Shown here in pieces: positions 26,805 to 40,875 of a DNA stretch of 64,000 bases. The stretch's first letter is position 1; every line of letters starts with the position of its first letter. A program made the position numbers and the translations under genes. This stretch comes from Octopus vulgaris (taxonomy: Eukaryota): positions 63,488,001 to 63,552,000 of the forward strand of contig OX597828.1 of the NCBI GenBank assembly GCA_951406725.2, given 5' to 3'. The notes below the pieces were generated by a model, which worked only from the letters and a program-made list of their open reading frames with translations, did no database searches and was not told the DNA's origin.

Positions 26805-27420
26805 ATTTTATCTGTGTTGCAAGCAGTTTTGTTGGTCTCTCACTCAACTGCGCCCCACACATAATAATCAAAGGGATTGCAGTCTGGGACGTTAAGTGGC
26901 CAGATGTTAAGAGTGATGTGGTCGCAAAAATTGTCTGACAGCCACGACTGGGTTCTCGTACTTGTGTGGTATGGTGCAGAGTTCTGTTGCCAGATATAGG
27001 GCCTTCCAGCAGCCACCCTCTTGACCCAGGGCAGCATTACCTCCTCCAGGCACTTGATGTAGGCCTCCATGTTGAGTCTGAGGAAGATGTGGGAAGATGA
27101 ATGGAGGCATAACGTCGCCATCACTAGTGATCACTCCAAACACCATGATGTTGACTGGATGTTTAATTTTTATCTCTCTCGGTTCACATTTTGGGGACAC
27201 GGTAAGCCAACGGTTGTTCTGTGTGTTCACTAACTGACCATGGTAGAAATTTTTCTCGTCTGAGAAAAACCAAAGCATGTTCAGTTGGAGGGGATACTTG
27301 AATTTGTTCAAAAGCTTCGTAGCCCAGTCTTTCTTCTTGTCCTTGATGGCTTGGGATAAAAATTGGCCCTTTCTCATCTTGTATGAGGGTTACCAAATAT
27401 CTTCATGCACTACCTGCCTG
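26805..27420 (-). mobile_element. Tc1/mariner superfamily DD37D (maT) transposase pseudogene fragment
   Basis: WFFSDEKNF...MVFGVITSDG, frameshift, WQQNSAPYH...WPLNVPDCNPFDYYVW; 37 residues between the second (D to N) and third catalytic positions. Confidence 0.9.
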
Positions 27421-27923
27421 ATAATATATATATATACACATACACAAGTCCGCACACCCACATTCATATATATATATATATACGCATATATATTTGTGTG
27501 CGTGTGTGCGTGTGTAAAATTTCTGTCAGCAAAAATACAATAAACAATGAAAGTATGCTGGGATATGGTTTAATTGCAGGTGATACGGTAGAGGAAAGGG
27601 TGAGCGGGCGTGGTTGTTTGGGGTACTGGAATTACGGGTAGAGGGTGGAATTGTGGAGCAGGGTAGATCGCTTCGTTAATCTAAACGATCTGCGGATATC
27701 GATGTCAGTTCGTTCTACTTTGATATGGCTGCCGTTCTTAACGAGGCGTGAACTGTCTTTGGTAGCTATTGTTTACATGCCTTGTCTGATGATGTATCAC
27801 AATGTATGTATGCCACTATGTAGGCACGGATATGTATGTATATGTCTATGTATGCATGTGAGTATGTACGAATGTATGTATGTATGTATATATGTATGTA
27901 TGAATGTTTGTATATATAGGTAT

Positions 27924-27964
<41 letters not shown>

Positions 27965-27969
27965 AGATA

Positions 27970-28361
27970 CTAGCAGTATCGCCCGGCGTTGCTTGGGTTT
28001 GTTTCGACCCGCTGGAAATGGAACTTTTTGAAAAGTAAAAATTTTGCATTATGTAGCTTGTTATTCTCTTCAAGTGAACAGTTTTCTGGTTGAAATACAC
28101 CGAAAAGTGGCGACACAGCAATGAAAAAATCGTAAAAAATCGGAATTTTCATAGAAAAAAGCACCTTTTTGATGTAAATAATTTTTGGTGTTAACATGGT
28201 CCGATTTGAATTTTATCTTCTACGAAAGGAAGAGCAATCCTTCTTCTATCATACTCTCAATTTTGGCCAACTTGCGCCGCAGGGTCTCGGAGGAGATAGT
28301 GTTAGTTGAAGGCTACCAAACCTGCCGCACACAGACAACTTCAGCTTTATATATAGAAAGA
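27970..28361 (-). mobile_element. Non-autonomous Helitron (termini shared with 10563-10945)
   Basis: A|TCTTTCTATATATAAA start; CCCAAGCAACGCCGGGCGATACTGCTAG|T end. Confidence 0.85.
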
Positions 28362-28528
28362 TAACACACACACATTAATACACATACATACACACACACA
28401 TGTATGTATGTATGGATATGTATGTATATATGTACATCTGTCCACTTCTTGCCAGATCTTTATCCTTCACTTCCTACACACACACACACACTCACACACA
28501 CACACACATACACACACACACACGCACG

Positions 28529-28613
<85 letters not shown>

Positions 28614-29173
28614 CTTCTTAGCTTACAATTTCTTTCTTCCAACAATTGACAACTGAAGTACGCTCGCCAATGAATACTACCAAGAGTTAGCGACAGATCT
28701 CTGTTTCCTTTCTTTTCTTGAGGATTGGTTTAAGCATTAATAAGAGAAAGTAGCAGAACGTGTGATGTTGAATAAGAGTTGCAGAAAGAGGATATAATAG
28801 TGATATACACTTGCAAAGAGAAAGTAGGAGAAAGTGTGGTAATAGCAGGAGTAAAGCATTTGAAATGAGAGAGGCAAATCGTAAAATATTAGTTTTCGAG
28901 AATTTTTGCTTAATTGGGGGTGAAATTGAAAAAATGTATATGCTATGACCCAATCGAATCTACTTCGAAAAATCATAGGTAGATTCCAATTGAAGAAATT
29001 CTATATTGTACAATTGTATTAAAAACAAACTATGTGAGAGGCAGAGAAAATCTGCCTTTTATCATAAGAGATATACATACATACACACACACACACACGC
29101 ACACACACACACGCATACACACACACATATATATATATATTCATATATGTATACATACATATACAGGTATGAA

Positions 29174-29220
<47 letters not shown>

Positions 29221-29306
29221 CACACACGCACACACACATATGTATGTTTATATATACATATTCATATATATGCAAAGATTTATACATATACACACGTACA
29301 AATGAA

Positions 29307-29338
<32 letters not shown>

Positions 29339-29412
29339 ACAAATATACACATAATGATACATATAAGAATATTATGTGTATATACATGTACATATACATA
29401 TGTATATATATG

Positions 29413-29456
<44 letters not shown>

Positions 29457-29468
<12 letters not shown>

Positions 29469-29820
29469 TTAGAGACAAAACCACTATTTTGCAAATCAAA
29501 CAAAGAAAGACTTAATCCAATACATAAAAAATTTAATATAAATTAAATAAAATTAAATTCGCCACTACAATTGTTTCGTGTCTCTTCTAAGGACATTCAT
29601 CAGGTGGATTTCAGATATTCTATTGTAGTCGCGAATTTAATTTTATTTAATTTATGTTAAATTTTTTTATGTATTGGATTAAGTCTTTCTTTGTTTGATT
29701 TGCAAAATAGTGGTTTTGTCTCTAATTAATATTATATAATATTTTACTATAAAATTGTATTCAATCCTAAATCTGATTTTTCCCTGTAAATTTGGATTTA
29801 TTCCCTAATATTTATTATTA
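29457..29820. mobile_element. Penelope-like inverted pLTR remnant (arms about 115 bp) enclosing a hammerhead
   Basis: 29457-29571 is inverted at 29622-29737; (TA)n flanks. Confidence 0.75.
29562..29607 (-). ncRNA. Minimal type I hammerhead ribozyme
   Basis: CCAC-CTGATGA-ATGTC cttagaaga GACAC-GAAAC-AATT-GTA^-GTGG; palindromic ACAATTGT; A.C mismatch at base of stem II. Confidence 0.75.
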
Positions 29821-29890
29821 TATATATATATATATATATACACATACACATACATACATACATACATACATACATACATACATACATACA

Positions 29891-29923
<33 letters not shown>

Positions 29924-30122
29924 GTAAGTAATGTGATGAAATAAAGGACTCCCCATGCTGTGACTCGAACCACATCATTTCAAATACGGTGTTGATTTGA
30001 GCCTCACTTCGTCGTCAGATTAATATTTTCTTTCTGGCGTAAGCATGCGCTCAATTAGCATCACCTGCTTTGGTGAAATATCTTTCTGTCTCTCTCTATA
30101 CGCATTCCTGCATACACACACA

Positions 30123-30169
<47 letters not shown>

Positions 30170-30387
30170 GCACACACGCACATACATTAGGTATACTATG
30201 CTATAAGCTAATCCACCATTTATATGGAGAACTTGATTTATTTGGAATGTAGCATTTATCTACTTTATTAAGAGCAATATCTAAACTGTTATCTCTGTGG
30301 AACTACTTTGTGCCGCGAAGCAAGCAATAAATGGTTTTTTATGTAAGCTCACCGATTTATCTACCTGTAGGTGTGTTTGCGTGCATC

Positions 30388-30453
<66 letters not shown>

Positions 30454-30456
<3 letters not shown>

Positions 30457-30835
30457 CTTATACATAAATAGCAATTTCTGTTTGTCGATATGTCTGTTAC
30501 CATCTTGCTGCCTACACCAATGAACCAATCTTGACGAAACATTGCATACGTTAAACTAACATCCAGTTCAATTATAGGCTAATTAGATTAAAATGAAAAT
30601 CTATAATGAGCTCCCTTAGGGTTTGGGGGCTGGGTCATTATCTGAAAAAATGAGAAGGGTGCTAGTAGTGTTAGTGTGAGGGAAATTTGGTGGCATAGTG
30701 AGTGTGGCTGATATCTGAGAAGGCGAAAACACAGCGTTGTGTAAGCGACAAATATTGAGTGGCAGTGGGATGGTTACGTTAATACAGCTGTCATTCACGG
30801 ATATTCACGCGACACCGCATATATACTTTCGTAAA
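30454..30835 (+). mobile_element. Possible old Helitron-like non-autonomous element
   Basis: A|TCTTATACATAAAT...TCTGTTTGTC start resembles the other Helitron 5' ends; 3' end not clear. Confidence 0.35.
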
Positions 30836-31106
30836 TACAGATACAGGCATACATAGACACACACACATACGCACACACATGCACACACAACTTTTAAAAT
30901 GCCGAGGAAGGGAAAGAAAGGTGGGTGTGAGAAATATGTAGCTTTAAGGAGAGAGGGGTAGGTGACTTCTCTGCTCTCAATCGCAATGAATCACACACAC
31001 ACACACACACATACATATGTATATATACATACATACGTACATACATCTATATATATGCCTGCAATACACCATTTTAAGCTCTTGATTATCTGTGTACGTT
31101 TGTAAA

Positions 31107-31150
<44 letters not shown>

Positions 31151-31752
31151 ACGTCCTATAACTACTAGTCTCTCTACTTTTGTAGGGTCTTCCCTGTTGT
31201 CACATATTTTGAGATTTTAAAATCACGTCAAAATTTCAAAATTTGATATATTGAAATAATTTTCCACGTTAAATCCGATTTTCTTATTTATTTGTTCCAG
31301 AAAAGTTGCAGAAAAATTTTACTGAGGTTCAAAGTTTAATCAATTTTACCTAATCAGAAAACAAGATTTGGAAGCTGGCATTTTCTGCATGACAACTGCA
31401 TGATAGCTCGCATTTTCTGTGTGATAGCTGTCTATCACAAAATGAATGCAAAATCATTACGAGGAGGAAATTTTATTAAACATACGAAAGCAAAGCATTA
31501 CGACAAGCAAAGCTTTAAGAACTTTTGAACTTTCAATAAGTCACGTGAAATGGTCGAACAGACATGTAATAATTTAAAAAGGAAAAAAATCCCCATCGAA
31601 GTTATTTTGCGAAAAATTGTACAAATCTGTCCTGATCAACAGGTCTATCTGTCGGGAAAGGCATGGTCTGACATGGAATAAAAAGAAAATTATATATGAC
31701 ACTCTAATGTAAAATTTAGTTAATACTTATATTTATTAAATATGAAGGAACT

Positions 31753-32007
31753 AATGCCTCAATGTACACATTTAATTTTTGAATTTCATTATCAAAGGAG
31801 AAACAGTTAAATGTTGTCGTTGATGGCTTTCATAATTGGTGAAAGACAGAGGAAAAGATTCTCTTATATGAAAATATGGAAATCGGTTGTTCGGTGGGAA
31901 ATTCAGTGTTGATGTCAACATCAGGAAAGATACAGATGAATCTGGCTGATGATGTTATATATGTATGTGTGCGTGTGTGTATTTATATTTATATAATATG
32001 TATGTAT

Positions 32008-32085
<78 letters not shown>

Positions 32086-32341
32086 CAATACATACATATT
32101 ATATAAATATAAATACACACACGCACACATACATATATAACATCATCAGCCAGATTCATCTGTATCTTTCCTGATGTTGACATCAACACTGAATTCCCAC
32201 CGAACAACCGATTTCCATATTTTCATATAAGAGAATCTTTTCCTCTGTCTTTCACCAATTATGAAAGCCATCAACGACAACATTTAACTGTTTCTCCTTT
32301 GATAATGAAATTCAAAAATCAAATGTGTACATTGAGGCATT
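31753..32341. repeat. 589-bp near-perfect palindrome centred on (TA)n
   Basis: Arms about 257 bp; 1 substitution and 1 indel seen. Confidence 0.95.
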
Positions 32342-33451
32342 TTTGAGCAGCTGTTTTGTCGCAGCTGTTTTGCCGTCTCTGATTCGACGCTGACTTATTT
32401 GACATGAGACGTCTTAATGTTGCTTTTTTCTCTCTATTCTTCTCTCTCTCCTTGATTCCCTCCTTATGTATGTGTGTGTTTATGTTTCTGAGCATATTTC
32501 CATTTGAATGAAGAGAAGCTGAGTGTTTATGTCAATGCTGTTCAATTAATAAATTGTAATATCTCTCTTTCACACACTCTATTTGTATGAGTATGTTGGT
32601 GTGTGTGTGTGCGTTTGCTTCCAGTGCCAAAACGTACTTTTACCAAAACTAGTTGAATGTTCAGTGAGTCGTGCCAAATGATCAACGTCCAGACGACCGC
32701 GCTCGACCATCAACCTTGTCAACTGTGAACAAATAACAGCATCAACCTTATTGAATATTATTATTCCTATTAAGGAATCTACAACATAATTCATTTCCCA
32801 CTGTCAGCCGTAATATTCTTGCCCCGTTTCCACCCAACTTTCCCCGCAGTTTTCATCTAAGTCTACACAATCATCCTTTCCTTTACGGATTCACCATTTT
32901 CACATTTCTTTTTGGTAAATTAATACACGACTCTTAATCGGCACCTCGGTATTCTATCTCATTCCCGTTCGATTCTGGTTTTTCTCTTGGTCAATATACT
33001 CTTAAAGAATGGTACTTCTTCTACTCGTTCTGTTTCCTGTGATTCCATCACCAACCACATTCCTATTCTCATCCCTAATCTCACATTCACAAATACCTTG
33101 GTTACGATTATAAGTCTCAATGTTGATTCGATCAACACACACAAACATGTCGTCTACATTCTCAGTTATCTCACCTTGATGCACGTTCTCTACTAAAGTT
33201 ATCGTCTTCGCTATCTTTGATGGCATCTGTGCATCTCTTTTCGGCTTCGGCATTTATTTATTTATGTGTTTTTGCACTTCCAAACCCCATTTCAGTTGAA
33301 CTCAGCACCCAAGGAACTCATCTGAAATGGAAAAAGAGAAACAAACATTTCTACAGGAATACAATTTCCCGAATCTAAAAACGAACAAGTTCGCAGAATG
33401 ATCGATTGAACATCTGTTACGGGAAAGGAGGTTTACAAAACAATAGCATGA

Positions 33452-33536
<85 letters not shown>

Positions 33537-33651
33537 GACACACAAACAAACACAGACACACACACAAACACGCATACATGTGTATGTGTGTATAATGTAT
33601 ATGTAAATATATAATAAAATGTATGTGTATATACACATATATACTTATATT

Positions 33652-33747
<96 letters not shown>

Positions 33748-33750
<3 letters not shown>

Positions 33751-34086
33751 CGGTCTCGCGGTCATAGAATCGCGGTTTCGATTCACGTGAGTGTTTATTG
33801 AGCAAAAAACCTAAAGCTCCACGAGCCTCCGGTAGGGGTTGGTGGTGAACAAGCAGCATTCTTTCAACACAACTTTCTCTCACTCTTTCTTTTTGTTTCT
33901 GTTGTACCTGTTGTATTTCAAAGGGCCAGCAATGTCACACTCTGTGTCATGCTGAATCTCGCCGAGAACTACGTTAAGGGTACACGTGTCTGTGGAGTGC
34001 TCAGCCAATTGCACGTTAATTTCACGAGCAAGATGTTGTTGATCGGATCAACTGGAACCCTCGTCATCGTAACCGACGGAGTGCCA
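33748..34086 (+). mobile_element. tRNA-derived SINE (5'-truncated) with RTE-like 3' tail
   Basis: GGTTTCGATTC B box; head and body shared with 49983-50280; ends CTCGTCATCGTAACCGACGGAGTGCCA. Confidence 0.75.
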
Positions 34087-34594
34087 TGTATATGTATGTA
34101 TGTATGTATGTATGTATACGTGTGTGTGCGTGTGTGTGTATGTATCTACATATATATACTTATATTCATAGATATATGTATATGTGAGTGTGTGTCAGTA
34201 TATATATATGTACACACACACTCTCTCTCTCACACTTACACACACATACATTCACACATACACACAAACATGCATATTCTAGTTCTGAGTTTATTGTCTG
34301 TTACTTCAGTAAATATTAACACTTTACCTCTATATTTAGTACTTTTTCTCTTTTCAAACTCAAAACCTATACACAGACAAATATATAATATATGAATGTA
34401 TACAAGCACACATCAAACACGTACACACATATATACACACACAGGTGCGCATACACATATATACGAATATTGACATTTGTCGAATGAAAAAGAGAGGAAT
34501 AATCAATGCCCATAGAGTATACGGCTTATGTCATGTTTTGACATGAAACTCGAGTCGCTGCATAAACATTCTTAGCGCATACTAAATCAGATTA

Positions 34595-34643
<49 letters not shown>

Positions 34644-35301
34644 ACACGCACACACACTTCACTGGACTGCTCTCTCTCTCTCTCTCTCTCACACACATAC
34701 ACACTTACAGATATATATAAGCAGATGGGTCACATCAATGAACCGATCCTTGTTTAAAGAGGAGCAAATTATAAAACAAGGCAGGTTTTCTCTTCTTCTT
34801 TTCTCCCTTTTCATTTTACTTGTAAGTTATTATTCAAAGACAGCCTTGCGCTGGTGTCTGTGTGGTGCCAACACATCTGATGCGTTCGTCTGGAGCTGAT
34901 AGCCAGACAAAGAAATATGGCGAATCTCAAAACTAGAACCCCAGCCACCACCACCATCACCACCACCACAACAGCAGCAACAACCCCAGCAATAACCACA
35001 GCAACAAAACCCAGTCTTCAAATTGAACGATACACAAGTGTGAGAGTGTTGAAAGAAATTATAGATAACCGCCATTCGGTGTGTATATATTTTGTTTATT
35101 TACATCAACCACACTTAAATATCACACCCAGTTTTATTTTCTACAGCCATGAATGTCTGCGGTTTGTAGGGGCTTCCATTTATTTATTTATCTATTTATT
35201 TATTTATTTATTTATTTATTTATCTGTTAATTATTTTATTTATGCATTTATTACTGTCACTTATGTTGTTGTTATTGTTGTGTTGTTGTTGTTGTTGTTG
35301 C

Positions 35302-35853
<552 letters not shown>

Positions 35854-35854
<1 letters not shown>

Positions 35855-36078
35855 GGCGACGTGCTGACAGAATCGTTTGCACACCGAGCCAAAATGATAA
35901 GCGGCATTTCATCGGTCTTCATGTTCTGAGTTCAAATTCTACAGAGGTCGACTTTGCCTTTCATCCTTTTTGGGTCGATAAAATAAGGACCAGTCCTGTA
36001 CAGAAGATCGACCTAATCGACGAACTCTCTTTGCCCCCAAATCCCAGGCCTTGTGCCTACAAGAGAAAGGATTATTAT
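35854..36078 (+). mobile_element. Meta-domain-like SINE, same family as 1140-1354
   Basis: GAGTTCAAATTC B box; GTCGACTTTGCCTTTCATCC core; ATT tail. Confidence 0.85.
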
Positions 36079-36086
36079 TCTTTCAT

Positions 36087-36168
<82 letters not shown>

Positions 36169-36466
36169 TTCCTTCCTTCCTTCCTTCCTTCCTTCCTTCC
36201 TTCCTTCCTTCCTTCCTTCCTTTATTTATTCATTTGTTTTCTGCTTCCGATTTTGTGACTTTAGTATTCGAAATTATAAGTTTCTGTGCATCAGAGACAT
36301 CAGTGTTGTTTTTTTTTTTAATTCAATTTATTTTATTTATCTTATTTTATGGCGATGCATCGTGTGATGGGAGGGGGTGGGGGGTGGCCACAACTAACGA
36401 AAGTTTAACCGGATTGATTACCGGATATTAATAAGAAGGATGAAGATTACGACGTTCATGCCGCTG

Positions 36467-36543
36467 TTGACGACGACGACGACGACAACGATGATGACGA
36501 TGACGATGACGATGATGATGATGAGGATGACGATGACGATGAC

Positions 36544-36626
<83 letters not shown>

Positions 36627-36690
36627 CGATGACGACGATGATGATGATGATGACGATGACGATGACGATGATGATGATGATGACGACGAC

Positions 36691-36746
<56 letters not shown>
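36467..36746. repeat. (GAT/GAC)n microsatellite
   Basis: Direct observation. Confidence 0.95.
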
Positions 36747-36747
<1 letters not shown>

Positions 36748-36880
36748 AAATAATGAAAGCAATTTTCTTTCTTTGAACATTTTTTCATCATTACTTGAAT
36801 TGCAATAAATTTGTGTGCATCAGCTTAATGAACACACGATTGTATAAAAGTGTGTGTGTCTCGCTCACTCTCTCTCCTTC

Positions 36881-36940
<60 letters not shown>

Positions 36941-37474
36941 CATAAGTAAACGAGTGTGGCATGCATGTATGCGTGTATGAACGTATGGCGTTGTGCGTTG
37001 ATGTGTGTGTGTGTGTGTGTGTGTGTGTAGTCACTCAGACACTACTAACCTTCTTTTTGTAACCTTCCTGTTGCACAGTAACATTACTATGAGGAAACTG
37101 CATTGATGTGGCTCTGATAATCAGGCAATTGTTACATATATAGATATATACACACGCACACACGTATAGACATATAGGCACACCGACAGGCAGACAGATA
37201 CACTGGCACACACACACACACACACACAATACACGCACACACACACACACATAATACACGCGCACAGACAGACAAAGCACATGTACACATATGCAGTCAC
37301 ACATACAGAAACAAATCTACTTTTCTGCGACGGGTACGTGAATATTTGTGTGTGTGTGAAAATGCGTGTGTGTGTGTGTGAAAGTACGTATGTATATATA
37401 TGTAGGTATAAATATATGTGTGTGTGTATACACACATATACATGTATATGCATACACGTGCGTGTGTGTGTTTG

Positions 37475-37525
<51 letters not shown>

Positions 37526-37730
37526 GGAGAGAAGAAGTGATTTATTATAGTTAGTAGACTGTTGTGGTGGTCTGGGCCAGTGAAAGATCCTCCTCTGTAC
37601 ATTAGAAATAGCAGTCAAGTCCCTTTCAGTATTCTGTCTCAACAGAAGACGGGATGGCCGTGATTGGAAATGGTACTCATCTCGACCATGACCGCGACAA
37701 ATACTACCACCATCACCGCCGCCGCCGCCG

Positions 37731-37809
<79 letters not shown>

Positions 37810-37884
37810 CAGATCGGCGATTTAGTTTCCTTCATATTCTGCTGCCGGACCAAATTCGCAGAGTTAGTATCTCCAGCTTGTGGT

Positions 37885-38390
37885 GAGAAAAGTCCACATC
37901 CACCCTCGAGTCATTTAGCAGCTGTTTTAACACCCATTGGTAATGTTGCAAGAGCTGTGTTTGGTAGCTTCTACCTGGTCGAAATCCCTGCTGGGTGTCA
38001 GTCAGCAAGTCATTTTCTTCAAGGACCGCAATTATCCATTCCTTCAGTTTGTCTGGGAGCTTACCACTTGCAAGAAAGTTCTGAAAAAGAAGCTGCTGTG
38101 GTTTTACAAGGGAAGGACCACTGGAAATCCATCAGGACCAGCAGCTGAGTTTGTGTCAACCTTGTCTATGACCAGTTTTACATTTTCTTCAGTGTTGATG
38201 CAATCAATTTACGCCTCTTTAATTACAGGTAAAGTGGCAAAAAATTCTGCTTGTTTGTTCACTTGCCTGTGTTCCAGAGGTGTAGTGAATACACTTTGGA
38301 ACTGTTCGTTCAGTATTTCACCTATCCTCATTGGGTTTCCTGTGAGGGAGCCCCCTTTTTGAAAGAGGGGTCCTATCTTGTGGTGTACTG
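37885..38390 (-). mobile_element. CR1-clade LINE fragment (pre-RT linker and RT start), internally deleted
   Basis: EILNEQFQSVFT, NSAAGPDGFP, LLTDTQQGFRPGRSYQTQLLQHY. Confidence 0.85.
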
Positions 38391-38627
38391 AGGCTGTTTC
38401 TTTGGCAAATTTATTTCCACCTGTTCGACTTGATAGTTTCTATAACTCATGCTTCCTTATCTGCTCTCGCAAAATAATATCAGACTGAAATAAGTTCTTG
38501 GGTAGATATAATGAACGAAAACCACGAAATGTAGTGCTCCAGCATAGCCGCGATCCAGCGACTAAAATCATTAAAAGAAAAGAAACAAAGAAACACCACA
38601 CAAGCAGAGTAATGCACGAACACACGC

Positions 38628-38702
<75 letters not shown>

Positions 38703-39224
38703 CCACACACCCACCCACGCAGAACGTGTACATACATAATCCATACAATACAAATAGTAAGGCTATACACGGTACACACACATACACACACATTCACCCC
38801 CCACCCCACACACACAACTCACACTACACACAACACTTTTTCTCCAGATTGACATCTCTAAATTAATTGGCCACCCGTGTACATAACGACAATACAGTGG
38901 TAACTCGGACGTGGCGGGGTGTAGAACGGAGATTACATCTAACGGATGGCGATGGAAAGTGAAAAACTGTGTATAAATAAATATGGAAGGTAACAACGAT
39001 TTAAAGTTTTAGGGAGATAAAATCCACAGCTAAACTACAAACATACATACAGACAATAAAATACAATTTATGGCTAAACACAAACTGAAGGAATCTTCTG
39101 CTAAAATACACGTTCACTCATTTGAATGCAATAAACGGAATGCAAATTGACGAAAAATTGAGTTTACTGCTAAAATACCAATATACAAATAGGAATAAAA
39201 TGCACACACACGTGTGCGCGCAGG

Positions 39225-39395
39225 TAAACACAGTTTTCAAACTTCATCGCAGTTTCCGTTTGGCAAACTCACTGACAAGGCATTGATCGGCCCCCGTAGC
39301 TATAGTAGAAGACAGTTGCTCATAGTGTCGTACGGTGAGATTGAACCTGAAACCTCGTGGTATTGAAACGCATCTCTTAGACAATCAACCATGTC
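39225..39395 (-). mobile_element. Partial decayed SINE (11111 family, 5' half)
   Basis: Similarity to 11115-11265. Confidence 0.6.
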
Positions 39396-39556
39396 TACAC
39401 GTGTATATATATATATATAAATAATTAAGATTCAGTTGAATTTGGTACTTAACATGGGGCACCTTGTTAGGTCTAAGTAACATGCGTACTCAGCAATATT
39501 CAGTGAATATCAGACTTGGTGCATAAGTGCCGGCCACATGATATTCTTGCAGTGTA

Positions 39557-39880
39557 CAAGGTCTGATAAACAAGTGTTCGGACTGTTGCCTTGGTAACAA
39601 AGCTAAAGCACGCAGAGTGAAAACCTTGAACTCTGCTGTGCATATGCACTAAGTCTTAACGTTCTAGCTCACTTCCGTTGTTTACAGCAGTGCTTGGAAG
39701 GAAGGTGTGTAGCGTGCGATCGTCGCATTGGCCATGACAAAGAAAGTTGTCATGGCGACACCTGCTCAGAGGCCTACGCAGTGTTTCAGAAAGGGTATGG
39801 AGAGGAGTGTAGGAGCCGCACATAAGCGTACAAGTGTTTCAGACGTTTCCAAGATGGCCAAAACATATGTTGAACTGTCC
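39557..39880 (+). mobile_element. mariner-type DNA transposon 5' fragment (TIR and HTH remnant)
   Basis: TA|CAAGGTCTGATAAACAAGTGTTCGGACT; GDTCSEAYAVFQKGYGEECRSRT*AYKCFRRFQDG. Confidence 0.75.
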
Positions 39881-40017
39881 TCTATGCTTGAAGATCATGA
39901 ATTCATCAGACGAAAATGGCATTTTTACAATGATGTAATGTTCTCATTAATCAATAAAAAGAGTCTTTGGAAACGGCTGTAATGGATTGATACCTGTACC
40001 TCTTTGTTATTCACTCA

Positions 40018-40133
<116 letters not shown>

Positions 40134-40329
40134 CATTCATACATACACACACGCTCATACATTCATACATAAGGGTATAAATTAGGATCCCTTCATATTC
40201 CGTGTCTACGGGCACCGTGGAGCTGGTGTGGTATTAAACCAGTGACGAGGCTTTTGAAGTTGTTCTTTTCCTTCTTTAACTCGTTGAATGTTGAGGGGCG
40301 GGGCAGTGCCCATCAACTTTGTAGTGTTC

Positions 40330-40450
40330 CGAGAGTGGTTTGATCGATGCCATTAATGTTGTGTTTAAACTGTTGCAAGACAGATATGAGCAGCGAGAAG
40401 ATTCCAGAGGGCCGATGTTCTGGGGAGAAGGATTGGTCGCAGAGGTTCTA
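40330..40450 (-). mobile_element. LINE C-terminal remnant related to 9720-10230
   Basis: PRTSALWNLL and LQQFKHNINGID across frames. Confidence 0.5.
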
Positions 40451-40566
40451 TGATCACACCCCCTCCACCAAAAACCGTGCTGTTTGTTACTATTCGCTGT
40501 TCTAATGGAGCAGACCTATAGTCAAAGACGTTCCAACCATGATCAATCAGTTTTTTTTTAATGTAT

Positions 40567-40875
40567 GAAGGCGCATGGTCCAGTGGTTAGGGTGTTGTGT
40601 TCACAGTCGTATGATCATAGTTTCGATTCTCGGAGAAGACGCTGGAATTGCATTCTTGAGCAAAACACTTCATTTCATGTTACTCCAGTCCACTTAGCAG
40701 TAAAGTGAGTTCGAGCTTCAGCTGGGAAGTTAACCCTGCCACAGACCGGCGTCCCGTTCGGTGTTGAATGTGTGTATGTGGTGGTGGTGGTGGGGAGGTG
40801 CTACAATCTCTGTCACTTTTGAACCATGGAAACGGAGTCAGGCTCCGGCCCTGTGAGTCCTTGAGACCATGACAC
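40567..40875 (+). mobile_element. tRNA/CORE/V-domain-type SINE
   Basis: TGGTCCAGTGG A box, GTTTCGATTCT B box, TTCTTGAGCAAAACACTT, CCCTGCCACAGACCGGCGTCCCGT. Confidence 0.75.

Noticed and set aside
31180-31680. Possible DNA-transposon or MITE remnant
   Set aside because: No matching TIR pair or TSD found by eye.
33002-33253. 83-aa non-repetitive ORF (MPKPKRDAQ...)
   Set aside because: No recognisable motif or splice context; length is compatible with chance.
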